This document shows, piece by piece, positions 40,269 through 50,027 of a stretch of 64,000 nt of DNA. Made by a program: the position numbers and the translations under genes. Positions within the stretch are counted from its first letter, which is position 1. Every line of letters begins with the position of its first letter. This stretch comes from an uncultured bacterium (GTDB taxonomy: Bacteria > Desulfobacterota_D > UBA1144 > Nemesobacterales > UBA2774). A model generated the notes under the pieces. That model ran no database searches. It was not told where the DNA came from and saw only the letters and a list, made by a program, of their open reading frames with translations. The stretch spans positions 1,280,001 to 1,344,000 of the forward strand of contig CAWGRW010000009.1 in the NCBI GenBank assembly GCA_963825135.1, read 5' to 3'.

Positions 40269-41627
40269 ATGCCTGATAGAAAGAAAGAGTTAGGAGATTA
40301 TGACAGGGAGTTCGTGTGGCACCCGTTCACACAGATGAAGGAGTATGAGGGGAAAGACCCGGTCATCATTGAGCGGGGCGAAGGGTCATATCTCATAGAT
40401 TCGGAAGGCAAAAGGTATATAGACGGGGTGTCCTCGCTCTGGGTCAACATACACGGCCACGGAGTCCCCGAGATCGACGATGCGATAAGAGAGCAGGTCG
40501 GCAGGCTCGGGCACAGCACGTTGCTGGGCGTTACGAACCCCCCGGCGGCGGAGCTTGCGAAAGAGCTCATAGACATATGCCCCCCGGGACTTAAAAAGGT
40601 CTTTTATTCGGGTGACGGCGCGAGCGCCGTGGAGGCCGCGATTAAGATGGCCTTTCAGTTCTGGCAGCACACCGGGAAGCCCGGAAAAACAAAGTTCGTT
40701 TCGCTCTGTAACGGCTATCACGGTGATACGCTCGGGGCGGTATCCGTAGGCGGGATAGATCTTTTCCACGCGGCTTTCAAACAGCTCCTCTTCGAGACTT
40801 ATCAGGCCCCTTCCTACTATTGCTACAGATGCCCCCTCGGTAAAACGTATCCTTCCTGCGGGCTCGCGTGCGCGGCCGAGCTGGGGGGTATCCTAGAAGC
40901 GCATCACGAAGAAATCGCGGCGGTCATACTGGAGCCCTGCGTCCAGGCTGCAGGGGGCATGATAGTCTCCCCCCCCGGATACCTCGGGCGCGTGCGGGAA
41001 TACTGCGACAGGTACGGCGTCCTCCTGATACTGGACGAGGTAGCGACCGGTTTCGGCAGGACCGGCAGGATGTTCGCCTGCGAGCACGACGGCGTGACGC
41101 CCGATATACTGGTCCTGGGGAAGGGGATGACCGGAGGTTACCTCCCGCTCTCGGCCACGATCACGACGCAGGCTGTGTACGACGCCTTCCTCGGAGACTA
41201 CGAGGATTTTAAGACCTTCTTCCACGGTCACAGTTATGCCGGCAACCCTCTTTCTTGCGCCGCTTCGCTCGGGAACCTGAAAGCCTTCAAAAAATATAAA
41301 ACGCTCGAAAACCTTAAGGGGAAAATAGAGTATTTCGAAGAAGAGCTGAGGGAGTTTAACGGGCTCGGCCACGTGGGGAACGTGAGGAGCAAGGGACTCA
41401 TGGCGGGTATAGAGCTCGTTCGGGATAAGGAAACGAAAGAGCCTTATCCGGCGTGTGAGAGGATTGGATGGAAGGTCGCCGAGGAGGCAATGAAAGATGG
41501 AGTATTAATACGCCCTCTCGGGGACGTGGTGGTCCTCATGCCCCCTCCGGGGATTCCCATGGAGGATTTAAAAAAACTCGTCAGTGCGACATACGATTCG
41601 ATCAAAAGAGCGACGGAACCCATGTAG
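40269..41627 (+). CDS. bioA: Adenosylmethionine-8-amino-7-oxononanoate transaminase
   Basis: VWHPFTQM, DGVSSLW, YHGDT.GA, DEVATGFGRTG, GKG.TGGYLPL, RPLG. Confidence 0.95.
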   Translation: MPDRKKELGDYDREFVWHPFTQMKEYEGKDPVIIERGEGSYLIDSEGKRYIDGVSSLWVNIHGHGVPEIDDAIREQVGRLGHSTLLGVTNPPAAELAKELIDICPPGLKKVFYSGDGASAVEAAIKMAFQFWQHTGKPGKTKFVSLCNGYHGDTLGAVSVGGIDLFHAAFKQLLFETYQAPSYYCYRCPLGKTYPSCGLACAAELGGILEAHHEEIAAVILEPCVQAAGGMIVSPPGYLGRVREYCDRYGVLLILDEVATGFGRTGRMFACEHDGVTPDILVLGKGMTGGYLPLSATITTQAVYDAFLGDYEDFKTFFHGHSYAGNPLSCAASLGNLKAFKKYKTLENLKGKIEYFEEELREFNGLGHVGNVRSKGLMAGIELVRDKETKEPYPACERIGWKVAEEAMKDGVLIRPLGDVVVLMPPPGIPMEDLKKLVSATYDSIKRATEPM

Positions 41628-41690
41628 CGGCATACATGGGAATGCACGCTCGGCGCAGGTGAAAATTTGTCAGAACGGCTCTCCCGCAAT

Positions 41691-42881
41691 ATGCAAAACC
41701 CCCTTGACTGGATAGAAAATGATTTGGCACATATTAAGGATAAAAAGCTCTACCGCGCGCTTACGGAGCTCGGCACCGGCCAGTCCCCTGAAATAACTAT
41801 CGACGGGAAGCGGTATATCCTTTTTGCGTCGAACAGTTATCTCGGGCTGTCGGTCGACCCCGGGGTCGTGGAGGCCGCCAGGCTCGCTCTCGAGAAATAC
41901 GGGACCGGCTCGGGCGGGTCCAGGCTCGTGAGCGGGAGCACCGACCTCCACAGGGAGCTCGAAGAGCGCATAGCGTCTTTTAAAAATGCCGAGGCCGCCA
42001 TAATATTCAGCTCCGGATACCTGGCGAATATCGGGACTATTTCCTCTATTATCGGCGAGGGGGATACGGTATACAGCGACGAGCTCAATCATGCCTCCAT
42101 AATAGACGGGTGCAGGCTTTCCCGCGCGGACATCCGCATTTACGGACACCTCGATTTCGACCGTCTGGAATCTCTCCTCTCGTCCGACAGAAACAGGAAG
42201 GGGAAAAGGCTCATCGTAACCGACACCGTGTTCAGCATGGACGGAGACCTCGCCTATCTCCCCCGCCTGGTCGAGCTTTCGGACAGATTCGGCTGCATGC
42301 TCATGGTCGACGAGGCGCACGCGACGGGGGTGCTCGGCGAAAGGGGCAGCGGCGCGACCGAGCACTTCGGCGTGGAGAAAGACGTGCCCATAGTCATGGG
42401 CACGCTTTCAAAGGCGGCGGGCTCTCTGGGCGGCTATATCGCGGGCAGTCAGAGGCTGATCGATTTCATCAGGAACCGCGTCAGGAGCTATATCTTCGAC
42501 ACATCCCTCCCCGCCGCATCGATAGCCGCGTCGATAGCCGCGATAGATATAATCGAGAACGAGCCCCTTAGAAGGGAGCACCTCTGGCATCTTATAAAAA
42601 GATTTAAGAGCGGTATCGGGGACATCGGCCTCACCGTACTCCCTTCCGGTTCCGCTATCGTACCGGTCTTGATCGGAGAGGCGGGGCCCGCGCTCGAATT
42701 CGCGGCCGCCCTCAGGGAAAGCGGCATCTATACGCCTGCCGTGAGGCCGCCGTCGGTCCCGGCAGGCAAATGCAGGATCAGGGCTACGCTCATGGCCGGG
42801 CACACGGAAGAGCACGTCGACCTCGCTCTCGGCGCTTTTAAGTCCGCGTTCGAAACATATATGAAGCGAGTAGAGGAATAA
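41691..42881 (+). CDS. bioF: 8-amino-7-oxononanoate synthase
   Basis: SNSYLGL, GSGGSRLVSG, SGYLAN, DELNHAS, FSMDGD, DEAHA, GTLSKA; follows bioBA. Confidence 0.92.
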   Translation: MQNPLDWIENDLAHIKDKKLYRALTELGTGQSPEITIDGKRYILFASNSYLGLSVDPGVVEAARLALEKYGTGSGGSRLVSGSTDLHRELEERIASFKNAEAAIIFSSGYLANIGTISSIIGEGDTVYSDELNHASIIDGCRLSRADIRIYGHLDFDRLESLLSSDRNRKGKRLIVTDTVFSMDGDLAYLPRLVELSDRFGCMLMVDEAHATGVLGERGSGATEHFGVEKDVPIVMGTLSKAAGSLGGYIAGSQRLIDFIRNRVRSYIFDTSLPAASIAASIAAIDIIENEPLRREHLWHLIKRFKSGIGDIGLTVLPSGSAIVPVLIGEAGPALEFAAALRESGIYTPAVRPPSVPAGKCRIRATLMAGHTEEHVDLALGAFKSAFETYMKRVEE

Positions 42882-42935
42882 TCTGTAACGGGAGAGGGCC
42901 GTGCGTCACGCGAATATAGTGAACGGGAAGGATTT

Positions 42936-42998
42936 GGAATGGACTTTGCGAAAGAAGGAATGGACCTTGCAAAAGTCAGAATGGACCTTGCAAAAGAA
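42936..42998 (+). repeat. 21-bp tandem repeat, 3 copies
   Basis: GGAATGGACTTTGCGAAAGAA / GGAATGGACCTTGCAAAAGTC / AGAATGGACCTTGCAAAAGAA. Confidence 0.85.
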
Positions 42999-43056
42999 GG
43001 TGTTTAGATTCGAATCCAGGAGAAAGTCCCTCGGCTCGGCTTCCGGAGGGGACAGA

Positions 43057-44049
43057 CTAATTCTTCATGGCGCCGCCGTTATTATTGAACCTTCCGGATA
43101 AATAGGAAACGATTTTGTTCCACAATCCGGGATCCGCTCCGCTTGCGGCAAGCGAGCTCTTTTTCTCGCGCACCTCGTCGAGAAAACCCATAACGGTATC
43201 ATTGAACTCGTCGGACCTCTCGATAAAAAGAAGGTGCCCCGACCCCTCGATCTCTACGTACCTCGAATCCGGAATTCTCCCTGCGAGCTCCCGGGCGCTC
43301 TCCGGTGAGACTATTCTGTCCTCGGCCCCGTTGATGACGAGCGTCGGCGCGTGAATCCCTTCGGCATGCTCGGAGGAATCGAAATTCATCCCCGCCATGA
43401 GCTGACGCGTCCACGCGTAGCCCGGCTGAGGGTTGTCGAGTCTCCAGCCGACGATACGGTCGATTTCATCCGGATGCTCCCTGAAGTATTCGGGCGTGAA
43501 CGCTAGGGAGAGTCCGTAACGTATTCTATCTTCCCTTGTGACGCCGTATTCGAACCCCAGAGGAACGCTCGCCTTTCCCCCCATCTCGAACGTTCCGGGC
43601 AGAATGCCCCAGAGCTTGAACAGGCCGTTTATGTGCTGGGAGTTCCGCATCGCCCGTTTTCCGGGGCCGGAGTTGGTGGATACGAGGGTCAGGCTTTTCA
43701 CTAGGTCGGGGTGTCTCAAGGCAAGTTCCTGGGCTATGAAACCCCCGAGCGATATCCCGAGGACGTGAACCGGCCCTGTGCCGAGGGTTCTCAGGAGTCC
43801 CGAGGCGTCGTCGGCCATTATCTCAATCGAGTACTCCGTATCGGGCTTATCTGTGTTCCCGGCTCCCCTGTTGTCGAACAATATGACCTGGTATCTCTCC
43901 GAGAATGCCGGTATCTGCTTGTACCACATCCACGCCGAGTAGCCGAGCCCCTCTATCATCAAAAGGGGCTCGCCCGAGCCGTGGATTTCATAATATAAGT
44001 CTATGCCGTTTACTTTTACGGTGCCGGAATGCGGTCCTGTCGCTGTCAT
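43057..44049 (-). CDS. Alpha/beta hydrolase (3-oxoadipate enol-lactonase-like)
   Basis: FDNRG.G, GISLGG nucleophile elbow, G.ED, GH. Confidence 0.85.
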   Translation of the reverse strand: MTATGPHSGTVKVNGIDLYYEIHGSGEPLLMIEGLGYSAWMWYKQIPAFSERYQVILFDNRGAGNTDKPDTEYSIEIMADDASGLLRTLGTGPVHVLGISLGGFIAQELALRHPDLVKSLTLVSTNSGPGKRAMRNSQHINGLFKLWGILPGTFEMGGKASVPLGFEYGVTREDRIRYGLSLAFTPEYFREHPDEIDRIVGWRLDNPQPGYAWTRQLMAGMNFDSSEHAEGIHAPTLVINGAEDRIVSPESARELAGRIPDSRYVEIEGSGHLLFIERSDEFNDTVMGFLDEVREKKSSLAASGADPGLWNKIVSYLSGRFNNNGGAMKN

Positions 44050-44474
44050 ATGGATGCAAGCTTCTTCCTTTCATTCGGCACGCTGCCGCCGTTCGTGCTT
44101 ATTTTATTGGCTTCTATCTCGTCGAACACCTCTCTCGCGGCCTGCATGGCGCTGATGGCAGCGGGGAATCCCGCGTATAAAGCCATCTGTAGAATGATTT
44201 CGACGATCTCCACCTTTGTTACCCCGACGTTCAAAGCCGACTGTATGTGGACCTTGAGCTGTGTGGTGTGCCCCATGGCCGCAAGGGACGCGACTGTCGC
44301 GATCTCCCTCGACCTCATGTCGAGCTCGGGCCTTCCGTATATGTCGTTGAACGCGAACTCCATAACCAGCTTCTCGAGGTCAGGGTGTAACGACTTCAAG
44401 CGCTCTATGGACTTATCCGCCCCGTTGCCCTTGATTTCCTTGAATCTCTCTATACCCTGTTCATATCTGTTCAT
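44046..44474 (-). CDS. Carboxymuconolactone decarboxylase (CMD) family protein
   Basis: EFAF.DIY.RP.LD.RSRE, QLKVH...ALN.G, YAGFPAA; overlaps the hydrolase start. Confidence 0.88.
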   Translation of the reverse strand: MNRYEQGIERFKEIKGNGADKSIERLKSLHPDLEKLVMEFAFNDIYGRPELDMRSREIATVASLAAMGHTTQLKVHIQSALNVGVTKVEIVEIILQMALYAGFPAAISAMQAAREVFDEIEANKISTNGGSVPNERKKLASI

Positions 44475-44849
44475 GGTTTTCTCCATGCATATAAATTTAA
44501 GGGCGAAAAGCACGGGAGTCAAGCAATTATTTTGCAAGTGCGCATATATGATTACTTATAATACATTGATACTACACGATTATTTGCCGTTCCAATGATA
44601 TTTATGTGCAAATGCAAAGGTGGGACGATTTCGGTTCTCCCGTCTGCTTCGCGCCGGGTATCACGTCCGCCGGCCCGTCTTACGATGATTATCATGGCTC
44701 AATGTAAAGGAAATTTTAACAGTCTGTTAATATCATAACATTCTGTCGGCACTCGGTATTTTTCTTTAATGCCCGAAGCCGATTGACAATCAATCCCGCT
44801 TACTTTAAAGTTTTGTAATAAATTTCAACAAATGAGAGGTGTTACGGTT

Positions 44850-45665
44850 ATGGACTGGGGCATGAAAAACAGAATGGCCAGGATAATCAACCCGCAGACG
44901 GGGAGGGCGGTAATGGTCGCGTTCGACCACGGATACTTCCTCGGGCCCACGCACAAGCTCGAGGATCCCCGGCAGACGATCACACCCCTTCTGCCCTATG
45001 CCGATACCATAATGCTCACGAGAGGCGTGCTCCGGAGCTCAGTCGATCCGGCATCCTGCGCCAACGTAGTCCTGAGGGTCTCGGGAGGCTCGAGCATCGT
45101 CGGGCCGGATCTCTCGGACGAAGGCCTCACGACCTCGTTCAAGGACGCTATACGGCTCAATGTGGCGGGCGTCGGCATATCCGTATTCGTCGGGAGCGAG
45201 CACGAGCGTCAGACGCTCCTCAATCTCGCCGAGCTCGTCAACAAAGGCGAGGATTACGGCATCCCGGTCCTGGGCATCACGGCCGTGGGGAAAGAGCTTG
45301 AGAAGAGGGACGCGAGGTATCTCTCCCTTTGCTGCCGCATATGCGCCGAGCTCGGCACGCATATCGTCAAGACCTATTACTGTGAGGATTTCGAAAAGGT
45401 AACTACCAGCTGTCCCGCGCCCATAGTGATTGCGGGGGGGCCCAAGCTCGAGACCGAGATGGACGTCTTCGAGATGACGTACAACGCGATTGAGCAGGGC
45501 GCCGTCGGCGTGGATATGGGGAGGAACATATGGCAGAACGATCACCCGGTGGCTGTTATCAGGGCTATAAGGTCTATCGTCCATGAAAACAACAAGCCCA
45601 AACAGGCGCACGACCTCTTCCTCAGTCTCAAAAACGAAGAATCCAAAAAGGTAGCCGGAGTATAA
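44850..45665 (+). CDS. lsrF: LsrF-type thiolase / DhnA-family class I aldolase
   Basis: MDWGMKNR, AFDHGYF.GPT, LR.SGG, VKTYY, IAGG.K, GVDMGRNI.Q. Confidence 0.75.
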   Translation: MDWGMKNRMARIINPQTGRAVMVAFDHGYFLGPTHKLEDPRQTITPLLPYADTIMLTRGVLRSSVDPASCANVVLRVSGGSSIVGPDLSDEGLTTSFKDAIRLNVAGVGISVFVGSEHERQTLLNLAELVNKGEDYGIPVLGITAVGKELEKRDARYLSLCCRICAELGTHIVKTYYCEDFEKVTTSCPAPIVIAGGPKLETEMDVFEMTYNAIEQGAVGVDMGRNIWQNDHPVAVIRAIRSIVHENNKPKQAHDLFLSLKNEESKKVAGV

Positions 45666-45721
45666 AAATCACAACAGGCAGGAAATCCCCAAGACCGGCA
45701 CCCGGAGCGCTCGGAAAAAAA

Positions 45722-46747
45722 ATGCGTGTCGCGATGTATTACAACAACAGGGATATCAGGCTCGAGGAAATGCCCGTTCCCGATATAGGCCCCGGCGAGA
45801 TACTCATGCGCGTCCATGCGAGCGGCATATGCGGGAGCGATCTCATGGAATGGTACCGTCTCCCGAAGGCGCCCCTCGTTCTCGGTCACGAGATCGCGGG
45901 CGAGGTAGTCAGTACCGGCGCGGGCGTCGGGAAATTCAAGCCGGGCGACAGAGTCATCGCCACTCACCACGTCCCCTGCAACACCTGTTATTACTGCTTG
46001 AGGGGCGATCACTCCGTGTGCAGGACGCTTAAGACGACCCATTTCGATCCGGGCGGTTTCTCCGAGTACATTCGCGTACCCGCAATAAACGTGGACAGGG
46101 GAGTGCTCAGGCTCCCCGACGAAGTGTCCTACGACGAAGCGTCATTCGTGGAGCCCCTGGGCTGCGTTGTCCGGGGCCAGCGGTTGGCGGGACTGAAGAC
46201 CGGCGACGGCGTGCTCGTGATGGGGAGCGGCATAACGGGTCTCCTCCACATTCAGCTCGCCCGCGCTCTAGGGGCGGGGCGTATCATCGCGTCCGACATA
46301 AACGATTTCAGGCTTAACGCCGCCTCCGATTTTGGCGCCGATCACGCGGTCGGCGCAGGCGGGGACGCGGCTTCATATATACGTGGCGTAAATGACGGCC
46401 GCCTCGCCGACATGGTTATCGTCTGCACGGGCGCTCTGTCGGCCGTTGAGGGAGCGTTTAAGTTAGTCGAGCCGGGCGGCACAATACTCTTCTTCGCCCC
46501 TTCGGGGCCGGACGCGGAGCTCAGGATTCCCTTCAACGAATTCTGGTGGTCGGGAATAAAGACGGTGAGTTCTTACGCAGCCTCTCCTTCCGATCTTGCT
46601 ATAGCGCTCGAATTAATCAGGGCCAAACGGGTGAACGTAGGCGGCATGGTAACGCACAGGCTCGCCCTTTCGGAGACTCAGGAAGGGTTCCGCATGGTCG
46701 AAGAGGCGCGGGATTCGATCAAAGTCATCATAGACCCCAGCATCTAA
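45722..46747 (+). CDS. Zinc-dependent (MDR) alcohol/sugar-alcohol dehydrogenase
   Basis: GICGSD, GHE, C..C..C.......C, EPLGC, G.G.TG. Confidence 0.9.
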   Translation: MRVAMYYNNRDIRLEEMPVPDIGPGEILMRVHASGICGSDLMEWYRLPKAPLVLGHEIAGEVVSTGAGVGKFKPGDRVIATHHVPCNTCYYCLRGDHSVCRTLKTTHFDPGGFSEYIRVPAINVDRGVLRLPDEVSYDEASFVEPLGCVVRGQRLAGLKTGDGVLVMGSGITGLLHIQLARALGAGRIIASDINDFRLNAASDFGADHAVGAGGDAASYIRGVNDGRLADMVIVCTGALSAVEGAFKLVEPGGTILFFAPSGPDAELRIPFNEFWWSGIKTVSSYAASPSDLAIALELIRAKRVNVGGMVTHRLALSETQEGFRMVEEARDSIKVIIDPSI

Positions 46748-46751
46748 ATCA

Positions 46752-47096
46752 CTATTTCTCTCCCAGCAAATGGCGCAGCACGGAGCTGACTATCGCCAGC
46801 ACGACGGCTCCGAAGAAGGCCGTCCAGAAACCGCTTACATGGAATCCCGGCGATATCGACGAGGCCAGCATCAGCATAAGTGCGTTGACGACGAGAAGGA
46901 ATATTCCGAACGTCAGTATCGAAAGCGGAATGGTGATAATCTTGAGGAATAATCCTATAGTCGCGTTTATCAGGCCTATTATCACCGCCGCGAGAAGCGC
47001 GTTCCCTATCCCATCCACGACGAAGCCCGGAATGATATACGACACGATTAAAAGACTCGCCGCGCTTACTATCCACTGAATCAACAGATATTTCAT
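46752..47096 (-). CDS. 4-TM 'phage holin family' (YvlD-like) membrane protein
   Basis: PGF.V, GL.NA, T.P..ILT.G.F..VVNA, GFW.AF.GA; AGGAGGGAGG SD. Confidence 0.8.
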   Translation of the reverse strand: MKYLLIQWIVSAASLLIVSYIIPGFVVDGIGNALLAAVIIGLINATIGLFLKIITIPLSILTFGIFLLVVNALMLMLASSISPGFHVSGFWTAFFGAVVLAIVSSVLRHLLGEK

Positions 47097-47269
47097 TTTA
47101 GCCTCCCTCCTGCCTTATTTTCATCTGAGTTCTATTGAGTTCCATGTCGCCGTCCCCTGACGATATTATTCACAATTTTGCATTAAATATAAAGTCGTCC
47201 GCCGGCCGGGACCGAATATGGCCGGCCTCTTTTTGACACCCCTCCCTTTAAAACCTAAACTGTACGGTT

Positions 47270-49972
47270 ATGGAAAAACCCGTTCTGTATCTCATCGACG
47301 GCAGCTCGTATATATTCAGGGCCTATTACGCAATAAGGCGTTTAAGCACATCGAAGGGGTTCCCGACAAACGCCGTCTACGGTTTCGCGTCCATGATCTT
47401 CAAGTTCCTTAAAGATTATAAACCCGGGCACCTGGGTATTGTTTTCGATGCGAAGGGGGACACGTTCAGGAACGAGATGTACCCGCTCTACAAGGCCAAC
47501 AGAGGGGCTCCGCCCGAGGACCTCGTTCCGCAGTTCGATAAGATCTACGAGGTCGCGGACGCCTTTAAAATCCCACGGTTCGTGATCGATGGGTTTGAGG
47601 CCGATGATGTCCTGGGCACTATAGCGAGGCACTATGAGAAAGAGGGCATGGACGTCGTTCTCGTCACAGGGGATAAGGATTTTTGCCAGCTCGTTTCCGA
47701 CAGGGTCATCCTGCTCGATACCATGAAGAATAAAGAAACCCTTACAAAGGACGTGATCGAAAAATACGGCGTGCCTCCGGAAAGGGTGACGGACGTGTTC
47801 GCGCTGATGGGCGACCAGGTGGACAATATTCCCGGGGTTAAAGGCATAGGCGAGAAGACGGCGATAGGGCTTATCAAGTCTTTCGGCTCCCTCGACAACC
47901 TTCTTCAAAACCTGGACGACCTCGCCGAAAGGCAGAGGAATCTGATCACTGAAAAGAAAGGGGACGCGCTGCTCAGTAAAGAGCTCGTAACGATAAAGAC
48001 GGATATAGAGCTCGACATGGGGCTCGAAAAATTCAGGTACGAAGGGTTCGATAAGGCGAAGCTGAGGGCGATTTTCGAGGAGCTTGAATTCAAGAACCTT
48101 CTCCGCGAGCTCGGCGACGGAGGGGGCGCGGTAGAGAAAACGGACGAGAGCGGCGCCGTCCCCTACGACAATTACTCACTCGTTTTGACCGAAGAAGGGC
48201 TTGACCGCGTGATCGGAAGGATAGTGGAGACGGGCGAGGTCTCGGTAGACCTCGAGACGACCTCCACCGACCCCATGCTCGCCGAAATCGTCGGCATAGC
48301 GCTCTGCCCCGCCCCTCACGAGGCGTACTACGTGCCCGTCGCGCACAGGTCGCTCGCCGACTCCTCGATCAAACAGCTCGGCCTCCCGTTCGTGCTCGGG
48401 AAATTAAAGCCCGTCGTCGAAGACAAGGGTTTAAGGAAGATCGGGCAGAACGTCAAATACGAGTTCGTCCTCTTCGAGATGTACGGGCTCAGGCTGGACG
48501 GTATTTCATTCGATACGATGGTAGCGGCGCATATGCTCGATTCCTCGAGGATAAGCTACAGCCTTGACGAGCTCTGCCGTCTCTATCTGGGGCACAGCAT
48601 GATCTCATACAGAGACGTGACCGGGACGGGGAAATCCAAGATCAACTTCGAGGAAGTAGAGATAGAGGCGGCGAAGGTTTATTCATGCGAAGACGCCGAC
48701 GTCGCGATGCTCCTCGCCGGGATACTCGCGCGGCAGCTCGAGGAGATAAACTTGATCCGGGTCTACAGGGACATCGAGCTTAAGTTCATAGAGGTACTCG
48801 CCCGGGTCGAGATAAACGGGGTGAAGGTCGATGCCGCGAGGCTCAGGGAATTATCGAAGGAGTTCGAGGCGGCGCTCAAAGATATAGAAAAAGCGATTTT
48901 TGAAGAGGTCGGGTACGAGTTCAATCTGAATTCCCCCATACAGCTGAGGCAGGTCCTGTTCGAGACGCTCCGCCTGCCCCAGAAAAAGCTCACGAAAAAA
49001 GGAGGGTCCTCGACCGATGTAGAGGTGCTTAACGACCTCAGCAAATTCCATCCCGTCCCCGAGAAGGTGCTCGAGCACAGGACCCTTTCCAAGCTCAAGT
49101 CGACTTACGTGGACGCGCTTCCCAGGCTGATAAATCCCGGGACCGGGAGACTGCACACATCTTTTAATCCCGTGGGCTCCTCCACGGGGAGGCTCAGCTC
49201 GAGCGAACCGAACCTCCAGAATATACCGATAAAGACCCCCCAGGGCAGGCGCATACGTGAGGCGTTTATTCCCGAAGAAGGCTATATCATGCTCTCAGCG
49301 GATTATTCCCAGATCGAGCTCAGGCTCCTCGCCCATTTTTCCGGGGACGAGAGCCTGGTCGAGGCGTTCATGGCCGGAAGCGACATCCACCGGAGGACTG
49401 CCGCCGAGATCTTCGGCGTAACCACCGACCTCGTTACCCCGGACATGAGGAGGCTCGCGAAGAATATCAATTTCGGGATTATCTACGGCATAAGCGCGTT
49501 CGGCCTCGCGAAGCAGCTGGGCACTTCCGTCTCTATCGCCAAGAGCTACATCGACGAGTACTTCAAGCGCTATAAGAAGGTGAGGGAATATATCGAGAAA
49601 TCAATCGGCGACGCGAAAAGCAAAGGGTATGCCGAAACCATACTCGGAAGGAGACGTCCGATCCCGGAGCTCGCTTCGGACGACAGGAACAGAAAGGGTT
49701 TCGGCGAGCGTACGGCCATGAACACGCCGATTCAGGGCTCGGCCGCCGACATTATCAATATCGCCATGATAAGAATCCACGAAAAGCTCGCATCGGGTTT
49801 CAAGACCCGCATGATACTCCAAGTCCACGACGAGCTGCTCTTCGAAGTCCCCGGGGACGAGCTTCGCGAGGTCTCCCTTATGGTTAAAAATGAAATGGAA
49901 GGGGCATGGGACCTCAGGGTCCCGATCGTGGCCGAGATAGGCACGGGAAAGAACTGGGCGGAAGCGCACTGA
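47270..49972 (+). CDS. polA: DNA polymerase I
   Basis: LIDGSS..FRAYYA, DNIPGV.GIG.KTA, DLET, TGRLSS.EPNLQNIP, DYSQIELR, QVHDEL. Confidence 0.98.
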   Translation: MEKPVLYLIDGSSYIFRAYYAIRRLSTSKGFPTNAVYGFASMIFKFLKDYKPGHLGIVFDAKGDTFRNEMYPLYKANRGAPPEDLVPQFDKIYEVADAFKIPRFVIDGFEADDVLGTIARHYEKEGMDVVLVTGDKDFCQLVSDRVILLDTMKNKETLTKDVIEKYGVPPERVTDVFALMGDQVDNIPGVKGIGEKTAIGLIKSFGSLDNLLQNLDDLAERQRNLITEKKGDALLSKELVTIKTDIELDMGLEKFRYEGFDKAKLRAIFEELEFKNLLRELGDGGGAVEKTDESGAVPYDNYSLVLTEEGLDRVIGRIVETGEVSVDLETTSTDPMLAEIVGIALCPAPHEAYYVPVAHRSLADSSIKQLGLPFVLGKLKPVVEDKGLRKIGQNVKYEFVLFEMYGLRLDGISFDTMVAAHMLDSSRISYSLDELCRLYLGHSMISYRDVTGTGKSKINFEEVEIEAAKVYSCEDADVAMLLAGILARQLEEINLIRVYRDIELKFIEVLARVEINGVKVDAARLRELSKEFEAALKDIEKAIFEEVGYEFNLNSPIQLRQVLFETLRLPQKKLTKKGGSSTDVEVLNDLSKFHPVPEKVLEHRTLSKLKSTYVDALPRLINPGTGRLHTSFNPVGSSTGRLSSSEPNLQNIPIKTPQGRRIREAFIPEEGYIMLSADYSQIELRLLAHFSGDESLVEAFMAGSDIHRRTAAEIFGVTTDLVTPDMRRLAKNINFGIIYGISAFGLAKQLGTSVSIAKSYIDEYFKRYKKVREYIEKSIGDAKSKGYAETILGRRRPIPELASDDRNRKGFGERTAMNTPIQGSAADIINIAMIRIHEKLASGFKTRMILQVHDELLFEVPGDELREVSLMVKNEMEGAWDLRVPIVAEIGTGKNWAEAH

Positions 49973-50027
49973 TCCCGCCCGTTGTCATATCTGAATTTGA
50001 CCCCCGCCGGATAACTTGATTACTTCC

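Noticed and set aside
42936..42998. Possible CRISPR array
   Set aside because: Repeats are contiguous with no spacers and no cas genes are present
43057..44049. Alpha/beta hydrolase as BioH of the bio operon
   Set aside because: Convergent orientation and translationally coupled to a CMD gene; no BioH-specific evidence and no bioC in the window
46752..47096. Holin-family gene as a prophage marker
   Set aside because: The YvlD-like family is commonly chromosomal; no phage genes nearby
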